This document shows, one piece after another, positions 1 to 13,200 of a DNA stretch of 64,000 nucleotides; positions within the stretch are counted from its first letter, which is position 1; each line of letters starts with the position of its first letter. The notes beneath the pieces were generated by a model. The model made no database searches and was not told where the DNA came from. It saw only the letters and a program-made list of their open reading frames with translations. The DNA lies in contig MU004237.1 in NCBI GenBank assembly GCA_010405405.1, forward strand, positions 782,191-846,190. The letters are read 5' to 3'. Source of the DNA: Microthyrium microscopicum. Lineage: Eukaryota. Both the position numbers and the translations under genes were made by a program.

Positions 1-60
1 TATCGGCGCTTGCCAATCTAATTTCACACAGAGCCTATACATATAAACCAACACAGTGTG

Positions 61-882
61 CTACTGGGTCATTCTAAGCTTGAGCTTATCCTCCGAGACA
101 ATTTCCTCCCTTCTGCTAAAAAGCCCTTCCAAGTCCCAGTTGACGCTCATATACCGTCCATTCAACCACTGCCTCTTCTCCGCAGCAAGCAGTGCCATAG
201 CATCACCGGCCAACTCTGGCGAATCTATCAGCGACTCAGCAATAAATTCCGGAGCGTTGTCAGCCAATTCTGTCTTGACCCCTCCAGGATGCACACAATA
301 GGCGGAAATTTCTTGTTCAGCATATTCAGCAGCTATGAATTCTGTAAATCGCATGACGGCGGTTTTGGAACCTTGGTAAGCAAATCCACCTAGCCCCACA
401 AAAAGTGCTCCCACACTACTAATGTTTATGATCGTCTTGGGAGACTCGCTTGGAGCCGCAAGAATCAAAGGAATAAAGTAGTGTGATACAAGGAAGATCC
501 CTTTGACATTGACCTCCCAGGATTTCCACCAATTTTTGGGATTGGCATCCGCAATGGATGACCATTCAGTCAAGAATCCGGCATTGTTGATCAGGACGTC
601 GATGGTGCCAAACTTTTCTTTGACGGCTTTTGCTGCTGCAGCCACGCTTGAGTCGGATGTGACGTCTAATTGAAGCTTTAGGATCTTTGGTTTGGGTCCT
701 GAAACTGCGGCTATAATGATATTGGCAGCGCCATTTTGAGCAAATGAGACTGCAGTAGATCTTCCAATGCCCCTTGAAGCTCCGGTAATTAGAACTGTAT
801 GGCCAGAGTTTTTTGCATTTTGGACGAATGCATACGTATCATGGTAAACTGTTTTTGTGAAGTTACTGGCAGTTGGATCCAT
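61..882 (-). CDS. Short-chain dehydrogenase/reductase (classical SDR)
   Basis: 273-aa ORF with TGASRGIG Rossmann motif, NNAG, catalytic Ser in ISSVG, YQGSK (YxxxK) and HPGGVKT. Confidence 0.9.
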   Translation of the reverse strand: MDPTASNFTKTVYHDTYAFVQNAKNSGHTVLITGASRGIGRSTAVSFAQNGAANIIIAAVSGPKPKILKLQLDVTSDSSVAAAAKAVKEKFGTIDVLINNAGFLTEWSSIADANPKNWWKSWEVNVKGIFLVSHYFIPLILAAPSESPKTIINISSVGALFVGLGGFAYQGSKTAVMRFTEFIAAEYAEQEISAYCVHPGGVKTELADNAPEFIAESLIDSPELAGDAMALLAAEKRQWLNGRYMSVNWDLEGLFSRREEIVSEDKLKLRMTQ

Positions 883-2318
883 GGTTTTTGCGGGAAGTAA
901 AGATTAGAATGTATGAAGAGATCAAGCTGTGCAGTATGTTCCTCTATTTCCGAGGTCACATAACACTGCGACAAGATCCCACTTTAAATTGCAAAGAATT
1001 AGTTATCTTAATCATAGATGAGGACAATGATACGGAATTAGGACGGAAGTAAACACATTATCAAACTATATGCCTAGTCCATTTCTAGCCTATCTCCGGT
1101 TCTAGCTACAGTAAGTGTTAAGAACCTTGCTCTGGCACTTTGACACTCTACTCTACCTACCTGCATTATGTCATGAGAATAACCGTGTTGAGAAACTTAA
1201 TTTCCAATTTCTCGTTGCTTCGAGTCAAGGTCTGACCAACCCAGCTCAGCAGCTACCGCGGAGTGTTAGTTATTGTGAACCTACCAGTCTGCTTCCGGGA
1301 TCTGTTACCTATGTTTGTAACTGCAGCTATAACCAGCGTATAATGAACTGCTTGAAGACCTTTGGCTCGCGGATTGGCTCGTAGCTATTCCTTGACTGGC
1401 TGTATTTGCGTCAAGAGTCTCTCCATGACCTTCCAGAGTCCCTCGAAGGCTAAGTATATCCCGTCCGCAGTCTGTCAGAGTCCCAGTATGGCTTACCACG
1501 ATCCTATTGGGCCGATTAGAGCATTTAATACAATGACATCCTTTGCGCCGAAGCACATTACAAGCGATTCGACAAGCCTGGTAGTCTCGAATAACCCAAC
1601 AAAACCCTATGATTTGCAACTCGTTACCATCGCGTCGAAGAACCATTGCCGCCGGGACGCCTGCAATTCAACTATAAGATCGCCGATCAACGAGGCCTAG
1701 GGTCCAAAGCCGAGATAATGGTACCCGTAAAAGAACTGCTGACCGTCTCTTGCAAAGATTGCCGCCTCCTTTATCCTGCCAGTAAACCGAGGTCAAAACC
1801 TTGTATATCTTCAGCACATCTCGATGGCTGCCGTCTAAGCAGCTAGAACAACTTTTGCGCTTAAGTGACATCGGAAGAGACCCAGGACAATCTTCAGGAG
1901 CTGATCAAGGATGAACGGCCATCCTAGGGAAAACTTGAAAGGGATTTTCTGGTTTCTTTTTCCACTGGATGGCTTACATTCATACCACGATCAAGATAAA
2001 ACCAGAGAGACCGGTCTGAGCCCCATACTACCTGCATATGCAAATGTGAAGACTACCTTACTAAGGTAGCCACACAACTAGAAGACGCAAAGGGCAACTC
2101 ACAAGGCAGATAGCGCAGCAGATCGCGTACCAGTGCTGCTGGCAATGGCCGACCTTTGCATGAGAATTTATGAATGATGCATTCTACAATGGAGAAACAC
2201 TAGTAAGTAGTAGTTAGGCAAGTAAGTTGTAGGAAGTTCTGAAGGAAGCAAGAGTTGGGGACTGCATAAGAACGACAACAATGAGTACTAAGGTAGTCGT
2301 GCTCTTACACTAGGCTCG

Positions 2319-2849
2319 ATTTGTTAGGTGCAGAATTATTTTCCTCCCGTGCACGGGCCTTTTTTTTTTAAAAAAGATCTAATATCTTTAGAGTTAAGTT
2401 ATAATGAGAACTAGGTCTATATTACAACTATAATTTTAATTAAAATTAGCTTTTTATAAGATAAAATACTTTAAAAATATTTATCTTTCTTAATAGCTTA
2501 GGGTCTTTAGAGATAAGTAGTAATAAAGAAGATTTAATAAACGTCTAAAAAGCTTAATAATTTAAGATTTAATCTAAAGACTTAGTAAAGCTTAGTAGCT
2601 TTATTTATATTCTTAAGTTTTTAGCTTTATAGATTTAACTACTTTTAAGCTAAATATACTTACCTAATAATGTAAATAAATATACGACAACTTGTAAGAT
2701 TATATTATTTAATATTCTATATCTAATAAGCTAGGCTTTAGTAATTTTAGCCTTAAGTTAAGAGAGCTATAAACTTAATTCAAGGTGTTAAATTTGTCTT
2801 TTTTAAAAGGCCCGTGCACGGGAGGAAAATAATTCTGCACCTGACAAAT
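2319..2849. mobile_element. Non-autonomous DNA transposon/MITE remnant (~530 bp) with ~45-bp TIRs and RIP-like AT-rich interior
   Basis: Left ATTTGTTAGGTGCAGAATTATTTTCCTCCCGTGCACGGGCCTTTT (from 2319) matches the reverse complement of the right end (to 2849) with a single C/T mismatch. The interior is TpA-rich. The outer AT may be a 2-bp TSD. Confidence 0.85.
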
Positions 2850-3277
2850 TGCAGCCCACCCCCACCCTTGCGTGAATTTCCTATGTAGCCCCCCCCCCCC
2901 CTATCCAAGCCACTAAGAACGAGATGATGGGTGAAATGTTGTTGGGTCATCACCGGTGTCGATTTGGGCCTCCCGAACCAATTAGGATCTGCCGAAACGC
3001 GACAATGATACTGAAAGAATCGGACATTGCGCCACCAGCTGAAAGCGAGTGCTGGAGTGGGATGGCATGCTTGGCTGCATATGCGTCGCTCAACTTCAGA
3101 TGTAACTTGCAACAGAGTCTGTTCATTGTCGCTGCTAAAACCACTGTATGTTTTGCTACAAGGATAACCAGATAATCGTTGCTTGCGAAGTACATTTTTC
3201 TGTAAAGACACGTTCTGCCTTCGCGGCTACCGTCGCACGAAAATCGCAACGGCATTGATATTGTGAAGGCTTTGGGT

Positions 3278-6200
3278 ATGGCAACTTTGGCAAGTGGGCC
3301 GACGGCGAGCACTGCACCCAACCAGCCAGCTTTGCCATCAGATCTGGGGTAAGTGTCGTCTGCCGAGAATATCGTGGACGCTTCGTTTACTCTTTTGCAG
3401 CATTGCGGACAAAGTTAAGGAAGCATGGGATAAGCGCTGCTCCCATCTAAGTGATGAAGAACGAATGCGTTTCAATTCCTTTGCTTGCGCTGACATGACC
3501 GGCTACACTAAGGAGCTTTCAGTCTTATGTCAGAACCATAAAGATGAAAAGACACTGAACAAGGTCACGACAAAATGGTTCGAACCTTTATTTCACGCTG
3601 TTGGATTGTTCATACCCACCACCGCCATTAGCATCCAAGCCTATCCTAACCCAGGATCTCTAATTCTCGGGGCCATTGTACTGGTACTAGATACGACGAA
3701 AAGAGTTCAGGACTATCAAAAGTTGACAATACAAATGCTATCTAGGATGGGAAGGAAGTCCGAGGTCATCGCTGCGTACGAAAAGGAAGTTTACAAGGAT
3801 GACTTAATCGTTCAATTGAGTCTTGTGGAGCTTTGCGGATCAATCCTTGACTTTTGTTGCAAAGCTGTACGACAATTTGACAGGAAAGGAAAGCTTCAGG
3901 CTAAAGTGAAAGGAGTTGTGCTTTCAATCTTCCGCGACTTCAGCGCTTATTTGAGCGAAGAAGTTAAAAAGTTTGAGGATGCCATGGATGACCTCGAGCT
4001 CAAGGCACTTCTTTGTGATAAGCGGCGTCTTCAAAAATTACAACAAAATCAGACAGTGCAACAGCAAGTGATGCATGACCAGAGCGTGGCCAAGTCGCAG
4101 CGTCTGGATGATATCCACGAGATACAACTAAAGTTATGGGAGAGGCAAAACAATATTGATGCGAGTAAGTGCTCAAAGTCCTCCTGTGGGTGCCGATGAC
4201 AAGCTATATAGAACGGGCAGTCTCAGATTCTGATAGTGCTGTTTCTCACAATCCAGTCACTAAGTGTGAGATGCCGCGCAGTTGCTGACCTTGTTCAAAG
4301 AAAATCAAAAAGAGCATGAGGAGATTCAACGGCACCTATGGCTCAAGTGGCTATCTCCTCTGCATTTCCGAATGGAATACGATCAAAGATGCGAGGAACA
4401 TCTAGAGGGTACTGGAAACTGGCTTCTGGAATCCGAGGAGTATACGACATGGAAGAGCAAAGGCCAGTCCGACCTGCTCTGGATTAGGGGTAAGCCTGGC
4501 TGCGGTAAAAGTGTCTTAGCTGCGCTCGTGGCTTCAAATCTTATGGCAGAAGTCGATCAATATACCACACTTGCTTACGCTTTTATCAAACGAGAGCACG
4601 CGTCATCTCAAGATGTTCAGAGTATTCTGGGATCCTTGGTCAAGCAAAGCGGGCATGACCAGCCAGGATTCCCGGCGATGATACAAGAACAATTTTATGC
4701 ATTGGGGCAAGCTGAAAAGCCTGGCCCCATCGCTACTCGAAAGATCCTCCACAGTGTTCTGTCGGGTGTCAAAATGGCTTATCTTGTAGTGGATGGGCTT
4801 GATGAATGCAATGACTTTTGCAGGCCAGAACTTACAAAAGAGTTGATTCGCCTCCTCCAAGAATTGAACATGCCCGTGAAGATTGCCATATTTAGTCGAC
4901 AGGATCCTGATTTAGAGCTTCACCTCCGACAATACCAATTTTTGGAGCTCGATCGCGGTGCCAATCTGCTGGATCTTCAAGCATACATCGAGTCGAAATT
5001 TCCAGATAAAGGTCCAGATGATGTTCCGCACGGCACCAATAAGAAGATCCGGGACCATTGCTTGTCAAAGGCAGATGGAATGTTTTTTTGGGTATCTTTA
5101 CTCCACCAAAACCTTCAGCGGCTTGATTTCGCTGCAGACAAGCTCGAGAGAGTTGAGCACATGACCTTAGGCTTGGAAAATCTACTGGACCAAATCCTCG
5201 ATCAAATCTGGAAACAGGATATCCGAGTGCGATCTACTGCTTTTCTGGTCCTCATTTGGGTTACTCACGCGCGACATCCCTTGAATGAGTCTCAGATGTC
5301 GGAGGCTGTTGCTGATTATAGAGGTGCCGCAAGTGTCCAAGACGCCCAAAGTCTTACATCTGATAGACTTGTAGCCATTTGCGCAAACTTGGTTTACGTT
5401 GATCGTAATGGGATCTTTCGTTTGTGTCACGAAAGCGTTCGCTCCTATCTAGACGATCAATCGTCAAAACCAAGTCGTGCTCTTTTGAATTATCAAAAGC
5501 GCTCTCAGCAGGCTCATCGTGATATCTTTGAGATTTGCTCCACCTATCTCCTGCTTAAGGACTTTGAGTCGGGCCCTGCACAATCTCATCGTAGGCTTCT
5601 CCTGCTTCTCCAAAAGTTCAGCCTTCTGGCATACTGCTCTAACAATTGGGGTTGGCATTTGGCACAGTCGGAAACCGATGAAGCAATAGCCAAATCAACA
5701 TCTCGCGAATCAGGTCAACAACTAGCTGTGCAGCTTGTTGGATCAGCTGAAAAACGTGAGCTATTGCTCCAAGTAGTGTTTTACAATGGTCAAATAAATG
5801 ATTTCCGAAAGCGCATTGGACCGACGAATGCGTTGCATATTTTGGCCTGGTTTGGCTTGAAGGCCGTGGCCCAAATACTTCCAGATGTCAGATCAATGTG
5901 TAAGCAGAGCGACAGTACTGGATGGTTTCCAGCCACATATGCCATTGCACGAAAGCATCATGCTATGACTCTTTGGCTGCTCGACTTGGTTCCTTTGTCT
6001 GGTCTGAGACTCGACAAAGAGCGGATAAGCAGTCAAGTCAATGCTATTACAGCTTATGGCTGGATAGACGTACTTGAGAAGGTGCTGGCAGAGGATGCCT
6101 CATGCATCAATTTACTAGGCGACGACGGACTTTCACCTCTTCATCGATCTTGTCTGTCTGCAAATCTGAATATGACAGAAACCCTCCTTAAGTATGGAGC

Positions 6201-6765
6201 TGAAGTGGATGTTCAGAGTCGAGAAGGCTATCGGCCTCTTCAAATCGCCATCCAGCATAAAGCCCTGAACATTGTTGACCTCCTACTGGCTCATGATGCA
6301 GACCCCAATGCGTCAAATTCAAAGGGTTTAAAGCCCATACATATTGCTGCACGATTCGGAAACCGAAAAATACTTTTGCGCCTGATTGAAGCGGGAGCCG
6401 ACGCAAGTGAAACTGTCGAGAGATATCATTCTATGACGCCCATACACATGGCCGCATCGGCCGGATCCAACGGAGCGGAAATGATTGTTGCTCTTCGTGA
6501 TGCTGGCTTGCCTCTGGCCCCTTTGACATGGAAGTCGGAAAATCCATTGCACATTGCAGCTTTTTACAACTCCTATGAGACCGCGAAACTTCTTCTCGAT
6601 CTAGGTGTTCCTAAAGATCACACCGATATTGATAAACAAACACCGCTCTTTAAGGCTGCTGGACAAGGTCATTTGGAAACAATGGAAGTTTTCCTGAGGG
6701 CCGGCTGTGATGTGTCATCAGGTGACATGGTAGTTATGACGGCTCATAACGGCCACCCTAGCTAG
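3278..6765 (+). CDS. 5' half of a fungal NLR-like NACHT-ankyrin gene (N-terminal helical domain + NACHT + ANK repeats), truncated by a transposon insertion
   Basis: Inferred exons 3278-3348, 3401-4164 and 4301-6734 (GTAAGT donors, frame-consistent acceptors). Walker A GKPGCGKS, Walker B LVVDGLDEC, ADGMFFWV, HESVRSYL and multiple PLH ankyrin repeats. Reads into the TIR and stops at 6763-6765. Confidence 0.88.
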
Positions 6766-6934
6766 TTCACTAAAACCAAAAAGTACAAAGCTCTACATTT
6801 TATGAATACAATATTCCTACACCTATTTCTCTATTTTAGTACTTTAGATAAATTCTAAAAGGAATATTCAAAAATCAAGTATTTTTTAATACCTAAATTA
6901 AGGTAATTAGTAATAACAACTATAATATAGTAAT

Positions 6935-7250
6935 AGTATAGCTATATTAGTAAGTAAGGTATAGCTACATTAGTAAGTAACGTATAGCTATATTAGTAGG
7001 AAAGGGTAAGATAAGTATAGCTATATTAGTAAGTAACGTATAGCTACGTTAGCAAAAAAGGGTAAGATAAGTATAGCTATATTAGTAGATAATATATAGC
7101 TACGTTAGTAAGTAATATATAGCTATATTAGTAGGTAAGATATAGCTATGTTAGTAAGTAAGGCGCTAAGAAAGATATAGCTATATTAATAAGAAAGATA
7201 ATAAGAAAAATATAGCTATATTAATAAGAAAGGTATAGCTATATATTATT
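6935..7250. repeat. Subterminal degenerate tandem array of GTATAGCTA(T/C)(A/G)TTAGTAAG-like units (~22-35 bp) inside the left end of the large element
   Basis: TATAGCTAYRTTA recurs about a dozen times in this span. Confidence 0.8.
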
Positions 7251-10200
7251 AGTTAAGGTAATATAATTAGTATATATATAGATTAGTAATAGAAATTAAT
7301 TAAGAAAGACTTTTAATTCTTAATAATATACTAATAGGTAGAAGTTAACTATTATTATAGAGTTTAATATAAAGTATAGTATTTCTCTCTCCTCCTTTAG
7401 TATTAGTTATACCTCCTAAGCAACTTTTATTATACTAAATACTTATATTAATTTAATTATATACTAAGCTTCTATTAAGAACTTAGTATTAACTAAAGGC
7501 TATACTAATACTAAGGTTTATAAATAGCTTCTTAATAAATATAGTATAAAGGTTTTTATTTAAACTATTTATTAAAGAATTAATAAATAGGAAATTTAAA
7601 GAAGAACTATATAGCTTAATAAAAATTTAAAGGACGTAATAAAGGCTTTATTTTATATCTTTAATAGCAATAAGAAGAAGATAATATATGCCCTATAAGA
7701 TTATAAGTATAAACTTTTCTAAAGGACTTTATAATAATATCGCTAAAGGCCTAGAATATCTTATTAGTAAAACTATAGATTATATTAAGAGTTCTATGAA
7801 GCATACTTTAAGAATAATTATAATATAATTTAGTATAAGCTTTAATAATTTTATTTTAGTATTATAAATTATAAATATTATATATTAGTAATAAGAATTA
7901 GAGCTTAGAAACATAATATACCTCTAAGAAATATTTATTTTATCTAATAATAATTAGATTTAGAAGCTACTACTACTTAATAGAAATAAGTATATTAAAA
8001 ATAAAGTAAATATAAAGTTAAAAGTCTAAATTATATTTAGTCTATTAATAAGTATAATAAACTAAAGCTATTTAGCTTTAAGATTTATAGCTATATTAAT
8101 GCCTACTTAAGATATCTTAACTATTATAATGTTAGTATATTAAATAGGATAAGTATTAACTATCTCTACTAATACTTAAATTATTTAGGAAATAAGCTAA
8201 TTTAGCTATAATTTATTTAATTAAACTAAGGTAGTAAAATAGTTATACTTACTAATACTTATTATAAATTCTTACTTACTTATAAACCTAACCTTTATTT
8301 TAAGAACTATTTCCTATATAAAATAAGTATTACTAACTAATAAATAGAATATTAATAAAAAAATCTTAGCAAATCTATACTAAATAAATAAAGAGTAAGT
8401 TTTATCTTATTAAAGTAATACTAATATACCTTACGCTCTAAAAGATATACTAATTCTTTATAAAAGTTTTTTAAGTAGCTTTAAAGAGATAGTAAATTCT
8501 TATAAAATAAACTTACTAATTATATTATAATGCTAGCTATGTTTATACCTATCTTATAAGATATTATTACTAAATACGTTTATAACTAAAATAATTATAA
8601 ATTAACTAATACTAAGAAAAGGCGCCCTAATGCTATTAATAGAAAGCTATAGTACCTATATAATTATCTTTAGAACGTAAAGAAGGTTAGCTTACTAATT
8701 AATCTTAAACTTATCTATATAGTAAAGTAATAAGCTAGTAACTAGAATAAAGATGCCTATCTACCTAAAGAAACCCTCTAATAGTGCTAATAAGAACTAT
8801 AGTAGATAAGGTTTAATCCTTCTATAAACCCTTTTAGTAATATCTAAGATTACTAAAGAAAGACTAATCTATTTAGAGGTATTTACCTAACTCTAAGAAG
8901 CGTACTAAATAAATATATCTATAATAAATAGTTACTAATTATATATTTTCTACTAATACTAAGTAGTAAAAAGAATTAAATTAAAGCTAATCCTAGTTAG
9001 CCTACTATAATTATACTAGCTAATATAAAATAAAATAAGGTTAAGAAATCTATTAAAGTAAGGATAGCTAAGTTCTACACTATATTAGATATAATAGAAA
9101 TAAACTACTTTTATATAGAGTAAGCTCTATATTCTAATAATAAGTCTTAGCTTACTTACTATAATATTATAAATAACGCTTCTTTAATAAATAGATAATA
9201 TATTTCTTAACTACTCTTTATCTAAGAAACTTAATTCTATTATATAAAAACTTACTCCCTACTAATATATATATTAGTTTAATACTTATTTACTTCTTTA
9301 ATATTTATATTCTTATATTTCTAATTTTATATCTATTATATTAGCTTTAAGCCCCTTTTATAAACCTACTTAAGTACTTAACTTCTAACTAAAAGGTATA
9401 CTATATTTAGCTTACTAAGATATAAATATAGCTTAGCAAAGAAGTTATAATTAAGATATAGATATAAAGTATCCTTCTTACTTCTAAGAAACTAGTATTT
9501 ACTAAGTAAAGAAAGTACCTTAACTAGTAAAAAGGTAATTAAAAGAGAATTCTTAACCTTAGATTAGACTACTACTAAAACTAATAATAATTAAAAAAGA
9601 AACTATTATTTATAATGTTAAGTTATATCTATTACCTATCTAATAAGTTTCTATAGTTAAAACTAAATAATTTAAGTCTATAAATAATAGCTCTATATTC
9701 TTACTTAATTTATATATTTAAATAAAGGATTATTAAGATAGAGAAAGAGATATACTAATATAAATAAAGTCTAAAGCTTCTATTACTTAGTTAGCTCTTT
9801 ACCTAAACCTAGTATTAGTTAAGAATATAAAAATAAGTTAGCTTTAAAGTATTAAAGATAATCTAAGTTTAATATATTAAAGCGCTAAAAAAACTTAAAC
9901 TAAATAGTCTTATAATTTTAATACTTAGAAGCTTTTTTATAATAATATACTATTAAATAATAAAGAGATATTCTAAAAAGCAGCCTAAATAAGTAAGTTT
10001 ACTAACTTACTAATAAAATATAGATTATTAGCTAATAAGAGCTAGGTTATTCTAGTAGTATTATCTATTAAAGTAATATAGATAACATCTTACACTTTAT
10101 TATAAAAATCTTATTTAAGTATTTAAACTAAGATATTATTAAATAGTTTTAGGCGTTATATAATAAAGATAAAGGTATAAAGTCTTATATCTTTCTTTAT

Positions 10201-13200
10201 AATAACGTAAAAAATACCTAAGGAGATATAAATAAAACTAAAAAGAAAGAACTAAGATTTAATAAGATTAGTAGAATATATAATAAACCTTAGAGCTTAG
10301 AAGATTTTTTTAAGAATAGGCTATTTAAGCTAAAGAAGAAAAAGAAAATAAGTAAAGTATAATTTAATATTAACCTTATCTTTTAGATTATAAGAACAAA
10401 TTATAAGGCTTAGGTAGATTATTATAAGTAACTTAATAACCTAGAAACCTTAAGTTTAAGAGAATAAAGACAACCTAGCAAAACAATACTAAGGCCTAAA
10501 TATTTAAATACTATATTACTTATACTACTTTCAATTTAAAATATTAAAAAGAAAAATAAGCTTAATAGTACTATTATTATAGTTAATTTTAATGCTTTTT
10601 AAAAGATTAAGAAAGAGTTTAAGTTAGCTATAATTAACTCTAAGGCCTTCTTTAACTTAACTAAATAAGGTAATAATAAAGATAAAGTTTTTAATAAATC
10701 TAGTAATTCTAATAATAATAAAAAGCTACTAGAGGATAAAGAGCTACTAAAGAAAACTAAAGATAATAATAACTATAAACTACCCCTAGAGCTAATAAAG
10801 AAAAATTCTACTAAAAAGAAAAAGAAAGGTAATAATATAGAAAAGTTAAAGCTATAAACTAATAAGGCGCTTTATAAACATAACGCCTCTAATACTAAGC
10901 TATCTAATTAAAACCTTTAAAAGTATAGAAAAGGGCTAGTAGTAAGCCTAAAATAAGAATAAAAGGAAGTAGAAACTTAATAAGTTATATAGCTTACTAC
11001 TAAAAAAGATTTATAAAGTAGCTTAAGTAAGAAAAAAAATAAAAGACGTAATAGCACTAGTAAATAAGGTAGACATAGTAGTACTACTAATAGAAACTAA
11101 TTTATCTTTATATCTCTTTACTAGTACTCTCTAGTCCTTCCTTTAGGTAGTTTTACTTTATATTACTAATAATATTACTCTTAAGTCTTATCTTTATTTT
11201 AATTTATAATATAATAACGCTACTAAATAGAGCTTACTAAAAGAAGACATACCTAGCGCTTAGCTAGTTAAATAGAATAATATTAGTTTATAAATATAAA
11301 ATAGCCTCTTACTAATTATTCTAAGCACTAGAGTACTTTAGCCTTAGGCCTTAGCCTCTACTAAGAATACTAACTAGGAATACCTTATAAATAGTAACGC
11401 TACCTTTAAGAAGTAAACTATACTAGGCTATACTAGACCTACTAAAAACTAGCTACTTTTTATTATTAAATATAGTATTAATTTCTTTAATTCCTTAAAA
11501 GAAATTAATTATTTATTATTTCTTTAAGGTTTTAAGTAAAGAAGATTACGCCCTTATATTACTTATATAGGCTTTAACTTATATAGAACTAAATAGTTAA
11601 GAAGTACTAACGCCCTATTTTAAATAAGGGCTACGTAATCTAATAATATATCCTTATAAGGCTAGTTACTAAATAATAAGTAACTAGCTTATTAAACTAT
11701 AATGCCTTATCTTTATATTACTAAACTAAGCCCCTTTAAATCCTTAAGTAGTTTATTAACTTATAGATTAAACCTAAGTAAATATTAGTAAGTATAGTAG
11801 TTAATATAACTTAGTAAAAAGAAGTTATAAAGTAAGATATAAAAAATTAGTATAGAATAACAAAAAAAATAAATAATAAGCTTAAGAATAAGTAATATAT
11901 AACATTTTTATAAATATACTAAAAATAGAATCTAAATTAATAACTAAATTAATTAAAAGCTATACTAAACTAAGAATCTAAATGCTAGAGAGTTATTAAT
12001 TAAGTATTAATATAATCTTATAAAAAAATTAGTTACGTTTCTATCTAATAATAATTACTACTTACTAAAAAATATAATAATAGGTTAAGCTCTAACTCTA
12101 ATTCTAATAAGACTTTTATAGCCTACTAGTCTATAGAGAAGTTATAGTCTTATTTAAGATAAATATAATATTAGTTAGTAAGAAATAACTTAAGAAGAGT
12201 TAATAAAGTTAATTATTAGGCTACTAAGTACTTAAAGGTAAAAGTAGTAAGCTCTTTAATATCTAAACTATATCCTTTTAAGACTCTTTTATTAAAAATA
12301 ACTCTATTTTTTCCCTTATACGTAATATAGTTATCTATATTCTTATTATTAAATTTATAATAACGCTTTAATAACCTCTTACTATTATACTTATAAAAAG
12401 GGTAACCTTTATTAAAATTAACCTCTTAAACTAATTACTTATTCTCTCCTTATTTTTTCTTAATTTTTACTCTATTTATCTTTTTTAAAGCTCTTAATAA
12501 GTTAATTTTTTTAGTATTATTTAAAATATAAATAGGCTAGTAATACTCTCTCTATTTAGTACTATCTATCTAAATAAAGCTTACCTTAGCCTTACTTATA
12601 CTTTTAAGAATTCTTCTTACTTATTTATATAATCTCTATAGTCTACCTTAAAAGCATATTAATAATATTAATACGCCCTTACCTTCTAGAAGATTTAAGT
12701 TACTAAACTTAACTAATAAGCTTATTATATTACTATTATAATCTATATATATTTTTATCTTCTTTACTATTAAATATATTTTAAAAATATCTAACTTCTC
12801 TTTACTATTTATATAGTGCTAAAGGTTCTTATAAAAGAGCTCTAGGTAAGATTCTTTAATTTAATATTTTATTATATTAATTTATATCTAATTATTAGTA
12901 TTAAGAACTTAATTAAATCTATAACCCTTAGAGTAAATATTATTAAAATAATATATAAAATAAAATAAAGCTTATAATTCCTTAGCTACCCCCTAATAAA
13001 CTAAAAGAATAGCTAAGAACGTATAAGTTTTATTTATTTTAATAACTTTTTAGCTAAATCCTTCTATATTAGAATATTTTATAAAGTAGTAACTTTAACT
13101 ATAGAGTAAGATCTAGAAAAAGTTATACCTATATTAACTTATAATTTTAATCTATCCTCTATTCTAAATAATATACTACTAACTAAAAGATATACTATAC

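Noticed and set aside
1115..2300. Short ORFs upstream of the SDR, possibly a decayed gene
   Set aside because: No recognisable domain or consistent exon structure.
6935..7250. CRISPR-like array
   Set aside because: Eukaryotic context, degenerate repeats without unique spacers and no cas genes.
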